Source: Gonapodya sp. JEL0774
Lineage: Eukaryota
DNA length: 64,000 nucleotides
Direction of reading: 5' to 3'
Assembly: GCA_027604505.1 (NCBI GenBank)
Contig: JADIIX010000010.1
Coordinates: 62,001-126,000, forward strand
Below, piece after piece: positions 56,401 to 64,000 of the stretch (positions are counted from its first letter, which is position 1; the number at the start of each line of letters is the position of its first letter). Position numbers and translations under genes: made by a program. Under the pieces are notes generated by a model. The model had not been told where the DNA came from and searched no databases. It worked only from the letters and a program-made list of their open reading frames with translations.

Positions 56401-59400
56401 TCGTTCCTGTTACCAGATTCTCGGATCTCTTATTGCCATTCCAAACCATTTTGACACTCTCCCCGTTCGAGACACTGTTAGGCGATCATCCGTGGCTCCG
56501 CACGAGGAGAACCATATTACCAATCCCTTGGCGGCCTTTGCGAGAGCACCATCGCCAATAGATTTGAAGTCTGTGTTGGATTGGGTCACTGGGGAAGAGG
56601 TATCACCAGGTGACGGGATATCTGCCCAGGAGTCTGATGTTGGGATTGGTGCGCAGCTACCCCAATTAGTCTCAGGAGCAAGAGATTTGATTGTCGATAA
56701 GCGCGATACCGAGCTACCAGTGATCAAAGAATCGAACGCTTCTAGTACAGTGACGAAGATAATACCGCAAGAGGTCCCTGCGCCTTCACTCGGTGTCGGA
56801 CAGAAAGCAAGCTCGCACGCTTCAACACAGGCACTCGGAGATTCACCGACGTCGAAGAGAGCGGAGAAAATGGTGCTTCCCAAGCTCGTCACCATTGGTG
56901 GAGAGACTGTGGGTCTGCGCGGAGATGATCCTTCTTGACGAATCGTCTAAGACCCTTGCATAGGTATCGCAGCCTCCGATGCTTACCATCCCAGCATGGA
57001 ATTTGCGAGGAGAGATCCGAGGTATCCTGCAGGGATGGGATCTTGCAGATAGTCCTGATTCTGATACAAAGCGACCTCTAAGCCAGGGTGATCTCACTTT
57101 GCTGGTGAATGCTCATATACCTCGCCTTTCTTTTGAAATCGGTATTTCCACTGATTTATTCTTCTTCAGTTTTTGGGTTTGTACAAAACCCGTGAGGGAG
57201 CTAACAACATCTATGGAACTGAGCTAACTCTTGGAATGGTGGGGCTGTCGTCACTCTGCGCTGTCCAAGCCCTCACAGATCGAACCACTTCTGTTTTGTA
57301 GCTGAAACCTATAATTATTGGGATCCTTGTTACGTCTCTCATCATCGATAGTGACTCCCAAAACGCCCGTATTTTGCTTCACCTGCTGACTTGCTTTGTC
57401 ATTGAAGATGTTGGGTTTTGTCCGGGACTACCTGGGCGGGTCATTCAAAGCATACAAGAAAAGGTGGGTGGACGTAATTTGCGGTTTGGGAACTTTTGAC
57501 TATTCACCTGTGTTGAATAGATCCTGCAAGGAAGTTGGCCACCCGAAGTAACTCTGAGCGCGTTTGAAACACTTAATCACTACTTGAGTTTGTGGGAGTA
57601 TATTAAGCGCGACACAAAGGTGTGTCGAGCAGATGAATTCTGAATCCGCTCCTCGCTAACCTTGATTTCAATAGCCCGTTCCTCGAGAGCTAGTGATTGA
57701 TCTCTGCCGTTACATAGAGGATCTTATCAACGAAGATAGTGTTGTAGGCATCCCCGACAAAGTTGATGGATTGGAGTTCGTCTAAGTTGTCTACTTATTT
57801 TGCACAGCCGTACCAGAACCTTCAAACCCTGATTATGCATGCATATGACTGTATGATTCGATGGGCGCTGACGGGTCAATGGATTGCAAAAGACCGCGAT
57901 TGCCTTCAGACCGTCATCTCAACCCTCTCCAGAGGAATCGCCTTGATGGACGATATGGATTTTGGAGCGGTGAACACACAGCATCCCGCTAGCGGACGCC
58001 CGGTGGGCTCGCTCGGCCCTATGTTAACCCAAGCTGGCCTCTCGCTTTCGAACTCTGCCGGTGGAGCTGTAGGATCCCGAGAACCAAACGTCGGGTTTGT
58101 GGACAGGTTCTCGGGTGTCATGCAAAGCATAACGGACACTAGTGGGACTCGGAAAAAGGGTCGCAAAGCTCCTAAGGCAGCGGTGAGCCCTGCTGGAACA
58201 TTGGGCGAGAAGGACAAACCTCATTCTCGGGGAGGAACGCAAAGTCTCGGACCGGCCAGCGGGACACTAGGTGTTAGCAGTAGCACACACGATGGAGGAG
58301 TCGGCTTTCCGTCATTTGCGGCTCAGTCGTTCGCTTTATGGGTCAAGTTAACCGCGGAGGTTGCCTTGACCCAGCTGTTCAACTACCTCGGTAGTTTTCC
58401 TCCCTTTGGTGAGGTAACCGGTGTCAGTCGACTCGGAAGCACATGGAACGAAGTTCTGGAAGCCAGGCGTCAAATGGAATTTGAGAATGGACGGTTAGAT
58501 GCCAGGCTCGCCCAGAATTCTGTATTGGCCAGTGCGCCATCCGCGCTGTCGACCGGACGCGGTGACGAATCGAAAGGACGGTTGCGGATGCGGCAACAAA
58601 CACCGACTGCGCATGGAGTCTCTTCCGCAACCTTTCCTCTTGACGAGATGCGCAAGTATCTTCGATACTATGCAATCGAAAATCGTATAATCGTCGGAGT
58701 ATTGGAAAGGCCATGGGAACTCCACGATAACCGAGAAACTACGAACGACATGCATTCTTCTTTGAATGATTTTTCTAGTTCGAATGGATTCACTCGTGGC
58801 AGCTCACGTGATGTACTTTTGGGTCACAGCGCAAGTCAGATCTCCACGAATGAGGCAGACAAGTTGGATAACTCTCCGATGAGAGCTCCATCCGTCGCAA
58901 TTGTTCTGCGCGATGCTGCGGGAAAGCATTCCTGGGTATCTTTCCTAAAGTACGTCCCGGATCGACCCGATCAGCTTGTATCTCGAAATACTTTACCCCG
59001 CGCTCCGGTGCCAGTTCAGGTGACATCACCTGGAGCACGTCACGAAGCGACTAGCAGTCTACCGACACACCTTGTCCCTTCGGCGCCTTTGATTCAAACA
59101 CGCTATCCTTCAACAGTGCTGGGTTCGGACACCGGGATTGAAGGGTCATTGCAAATTCGACAAGCGTCGAGGTTGGGGGATCCTACGCCAGCTGATTTAA
59201 GTGGCGTTCATCGCCTCTTATCTATACCCTCGGGGGACGTAACGCCAGAGATTGCTCCTATTTCTCCCGCCCTCAAGCAGTTCACACCCCCCAATGCCCC
59301 GCCCAATGCGCCCTATCTCCCTGGCGCCCAAGTGATGTCGATCGAATCCTTCAACGAAAGCGCCATACCTCCTATTGCGGATCTCTTTCCACCGGAATCT

Positions 59401-61102
59401 GAATCGAAAATGGCTTATGAAGCGGTTTCAATGCTGACTAACCGACAAACACGAAAGGAAGACGAAGCTCTTGCGACCATTCGAGGGGACCCGTGAGTGT
59501 TCCTTCAGCGTACAAGGCTCAAGTATTTGATTACGGAATGAAATTTGATCTCTACTTAGTGTGTCACTTGGTAATCACCACATTGTGTCAATACCACCGG
59601 AGCGCAAAGTCCGCAGAGAGGGCGACGAGATGTGGGTTCACTTCTCAAACTACACTGGTCTCTCCAAGAGGACTAGAGCTGTCTTTGACACTCATTTGAA
59701 ACCAGCCCTCAAGCGGCGCGACTGCTTCTCACACACCTGGGATTCTTGACACTACAAAACCGCCACCGAGTCGCTCCACTTGCACTAACAGACGGCCTGT
59801 TGCGTGACCTGGAGAAGTTGGATAAACTTCCCGAGTGAGTTTTGGCTTCCCACATATACATGTCGTTGTTTTGCATGAATCAAATTTGATACGCTTGCTA
59901 TATTTTTCAGCCGAGATTGCTTTGGGGTGACGATTTTGTTTGCGCGTTCCGGTGTCGACTCAGTTGATTCTATTATTCACTCACCGAGCATCAGCTACGA
60001 TTTTGAACAGTTCCTTCATTCCGTTGCGTGGCCGGTAAGCTTATGTTTTCTCTAGTTTGATCAAATATATTAATGGCAGGAACTTCTCCTGCTTAACATT
60101 GCAGGTAGATGTCAAAGTACACCGTGGCTACCGCGGCAACCTTGATCCCACCATATGTGATACAGCTCCTTACTACGCCAATCGGAATGTTGAAGTGGTC
60201 TTCCATGTTCCATACTATATTCGAGCACCGCCCTCTGGAGGCCTTAAAGACACACACAAAGCTCCAACAACTCCGAGTCAACCCTTAGGCAACATCAGAC
60301 CAAAACGAGCCACAGGGGACCAATCACCACACATCCCTCCCACACAACCGGGATCCTTGATGGCGGCCTCAACAGTTGTTGAGATGCCGACGGACCTCCT
60401 CACGGGTGACAGTACAGGCGATGTCAACGAATCCACTCCAGACATGATCCCCAACACGTCGTCACATCCACCTGATTCCACCACACCAGCTTCGAAATCG
60501 CAAATCCCATCCCAAAGTTCTACAGCGAAACGAATCGCGCTGCGCTCCACGTTCCTCCAAGTCTCCCAAGACGACTTGGTGTATATTGTCTGGGTGGAAG
60601 ATATGAAACACTTTCTGACAATACCCAAAAAAGTTGGTCGTGGCCAGGTTTACATCTTCATTCACCCGTTGCCGAAATCTCCGGGTCTTTACTTTGTACG
60701 TTTGCACACAGTTGGTGGCGCGATCAGTGCGGACGATATTTTGGTGAGCCCGGATCGGGGGGCAGAATTATCTCCCGCCCAACTCAACATCTGCTCTCTC
60801 CAAGGTTTTCGGCCCTTTGCTGGACGGTATGGTTGTCAGCAGGCACGCGATCGGTCACCTTGTGCGCATTACTGCAATATCTGCCCACATGCACTGCAGC
60901 TCTTCAGCCGGCCGGAACTACACCCGCCCGTGAGTGCTTAGTGACAAGGTCTTCACGGGCGCACTTGCAACGCGAAGCCAATGTGCTTTTTTGCCTGCGT
61001 CAATACAGGTTCATGCAGCGTCGACACGAAGTTGAAGAATTGTGCAAACGGCATCGCAAATCCCTCGGGCTATCAGCATTCTATTGTGACGTGTTTGGAT
61101 AG
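53408..61102 (+). CDS. RALGAPB: Ral GTPase-activating protein subunit beta homolog, many exons
   Basis: First exon MFLEHISQLGLLQHDP|TSSILVHFP; VRWCLEVLGQGMQLP...CVNVYSGWL; PDGNTLLGMFGAWLF; YEAGRADALAILCRIF; RDAAGKHSW; C-terminal Rap-GAP-like region EVVFHVP, GPLLDGMVVSR and RRHEVEELCKRHR. Confidence 0.87.
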
Positions 61103-61148
61103 GTTTATAGGTCGTTATACGTATCGAAATGCTTGTTGCAAAGCCAAG

Positions 61149-63709
61149 TTATTGTAATATTGCATGATTGTCCCCGAATCGTTGGACAAGTTCGCGAACA
61201 CGGTTCCAGCTCTGTGACAGGGACCTGCCAAACACCACGATCCCATCTTCGTGACCAGCCATTGCGAAAAATCCAGTCTCCACAAACTCCTTCGTTTCGA
61301 AAAGCCTCCTCACTTCTTGGGACATGGCGGGTGTCCCGTAAGCAACGTCGGCTCGTGTGCAAGGCACGTCCGTCCTACTCCCATCTCCGACCATTCTCCT
61401 CCAGATGTGCGGGCTATGCAGATGCATGACACACAACACGTCTTTCCCACCTGCTTCATATACTGCCGCGTGCGTCATGCTCTCACTGCTGGCCTTGGCA
61501 GGTCCGACACAGAGTAATTCGTTGCGGGAAGTGTTCGCAGCGGAGACCACAGTGTAGTGCATGAACGGGTCTAATCGGCGAAGTCCGCCAGTTTGCGTCC
61601 CAGTGATGAGAAATGGGAGGAAGGAGGGTCGATCAGTGGGATCGGTGGCCGGTGGTGCTGCCAACATCATGGAAACATTTCCAAAACCGATTCCGTCGGG
61701 GTAACTGCCAATCAATCCCGCGCTGTACAGCTTTTCCCTCGCGTCGTTCAAATCGGACAGGTGCTGAACGATCTGGTCCTGGTCTTGGTACACATTGCCG
61801 ACCGTGAACCGAGAGATGGACGCGAGCATGTCTGTCCGCTCCCAGTGTAAATGAAACTTGATGACGCCATCGGCCGGAGCTGAAAGCGGATCGACGAGTT
61901 GTGGCGCTGAAATGTCGTACGTGACGTGGGTCTGGAGAATCCCCTCAGGATACTGAAACACCAAAACCAACGGTGCATGAACAACCCGTGCGTGCAACAC
62001 CTGTTCCACTCTCACTCTCGTGCACGAGCCGCCCTCCCACGTACCATGACTCCAATCCCTTCTTCTCCCGCTTTACACACCCCCCGCTCCGTTATAAGTG
62101 CGGTGACGAGTCGCGCGGGAGTGACGTCAAAGGCGGGGTTCAGGGCTGTCGAGGTAGGGTTGACCGCTCGAACGGTAACGAGTTCATCAGCGGTTGTACT
62201 GAATATTGACAAGTGGAACAGAGGTACAAGCGAGGTGATGGGGAGACAAGGGGTTGAAGATCACATGTGCATTGCCCAGGGGAATGATGGAGAGCGTGAA
62301 ACAACCCGGTCACACCCACCCCCCAACCATCGTCCCCTGCACTTCCGTAACCTCTGTCTCGTGTCGGAACTCGATGGGTATCTGGTCACCTGACGGCATG
62401 GCAAAGTCAATGGTGGACGTTGGGAAAGCCACGTAAAAGGGGACGTGTGTGTCGGCGGCGCAGAGGGAGAGGGAGTAAGTTCCGATTTTGTTACAGACGT
62501 CGCCTGTGAGCGAGGGGGGATACGAAGATGGTTGGGGGTGCGAGATGGGAGGAAGAAAAGAGATTGTAGCAAGCAACAATCTCATCAAGGGATTACCTCC
62601 AGTTGCTCCAGGACTTGCTTGACTCTTCTACAGATCTCGCGAACCATAATCTATCTTTCCACGAACAGGCTCTCTTAAAGATCTCACGGACTGTACTCTG
62701 TCCTTTGACCGACGGACAGTCAGAATATGGAACCCTCTCTGCGCCCTCGTGAAGGCCGCCTCTACTTAGTGAAAATAGTCTGTAAGTCCATGAACCCACC
62801 GTTCCTGGCGACCCTGTCCGCCCCCGTAACCACCGCATCGACCCACCCCTGCCTCATCAACCACCCGCCCGCATTATCGGCCACCACGGTATGCGGCACA
62901 CCGGCTCTCTGGAGCTCCCATGCCGTCAATCTCGCCCCCTGGAGACGGGGTCGAGTTTCACGGACCCAGACGTGGATGGGAATGCCGAGGCGGTGGGCGG
63001 TGTAGATGGGAGACGTTGCAGTGCCGAGGTGGACGCAGGCAAGGAAGCCAGCGTTGCAGTGTGTGAGGATGTTGAGGCGGGTTGAGTGGGAATCGGTGGT
63101 GGAGTGTCGCGGACCAAGGCGTCGTTTGCGCTCCCAAAGCTGGGAAAAGAGGCGCGCGCCCGATTCCCCGATTCGTTTACACATATCCACGTCCTCTTCA
63201 CATATTGCGTTTGCTTGTCTCAGCAGCTCTGCCACGGCTTTTTCGGGGAGGAGGGAGGAGGCGGTTCCGTCTCTGGACGACACTACGGACTTTGCCAGCG
63301 AAAACTGCTTGTCCACTGCCCAGGCCAGATTCACTGCAGTAGGCCGAGTTGCTTTCAATCGAGTTGCTGCTGCACGGAGCGTTTCGAGGAATGCGGCGGA
63401 TCTTGATGGGGCGGTATCGGTGTACTGCACCCCATGCAATTGGTCGAGGGATTCGGAGGACGCGATGTACATCGCGTATGCCGCTGTCACGCCAATGAGG
63501 GGTGCCCCTCGAACCTGCATGGTTTTAATTGCGAATTCAAAGTCGGCTGACGTAGTGAGTTTGATGGTTTTGAGCAGGAAAGGCAGGCAAGTCTGGTCGA
63601 TGATGTGGACGGACACTTGAGCCTTTGAGTCTGTGGATTTTCCTTGTTCTGTCCAGATTGAGCGGAGATCTGTTCGAGTGTCCAAAGAAGGGGACGCTGA
63701 CTCTGCCAT
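61149..63709 (-). CDS. mtnA: Fusion of S-methyl-5-thioribose-1-phosphate isomerase (MtnA) and a class II aldolase/adducin domain; exons 63709-62800, 62503-62320, 62198-62045, 61952-61149; 683 aa
   Basis: MtnA motifs [46 protein letters not shown]. Aldolase motifs GNVS, SSE, THAAVY, HLH, YGTP, GHEDG. The exon lengths sum to 2052 nt in one frame. Confidence 0.9.
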
Positions 63710-64000
63710 CGTGTGATAGAATCGACTGGTCGTCACTGGGGAAGAGAAGTGTTGGAAGTCTTTGGCCAGTCGCTCCAAAAGGTTTTGGCTCATTTTTCGG
63801 CTCATTTTTCCACCGCGTCCCCCATGCCCACAGAGTTGTGCTCGGATCTGAATCAACATTTCCTGTAACCACGTCAAAAATGACAGGATCAGCCACCATC
63901 AACACTCGTGTGTATTACAGGAACGTTCCAAAAGTGAGCACAACATGCAGATTGACCCTACTTGTATTCTGCTGGATCGGAACGTCGGATGACTCGAGGC

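Overview
A gene-dense, intron-rich eukaryotic window (short GT-AG introns, mostly about 60-130 nt). The gene content (a FAM183/CFAP144 ciliary protein, RalGAP-beta, an SS18/SSXT protein, fungal-type ADE13/SSL2/Med13) suggests an early-diverging, flagellated, chytrid-like fungus; this taxonomic call is inference. I reconstructed 20 protein-coding genes by hand splicing: EDC3 (partial), a beta-class-like GST, an SSXT protein, FAM183, a GNAT, a hypothetical protein, ADE13, two divergent C2H2 factors, an SDR, two F-box/LRR proteins, Med13, a roughly 24-exon ALDH, FHIP/FAM160, XPB/SSL2, an EI24-like membrane protein, a sphingosine kinase, RalGAP-beta and an MtnA fusion gene. The strongest finding is a spliced 683-codon gene that fuses a bacterial-type methylthioribose-1-phosphate isomerase to a bacterial-type class II aldolase domain. 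It is a candidate eukaryotic bifunctional DHAP-shunt or methionine-salvage enzyme of probable horizontal origin. Also notable are 3-nt and 7-nt microexons in the ALDH (the 7-nt one carries the catalytic Cys) and an intron-bearing bacterial-like beta GST. I saw no rRNA, tRNA, CRISPR array or intact mobile element. All family calls come from motif recognition, not from database searches.
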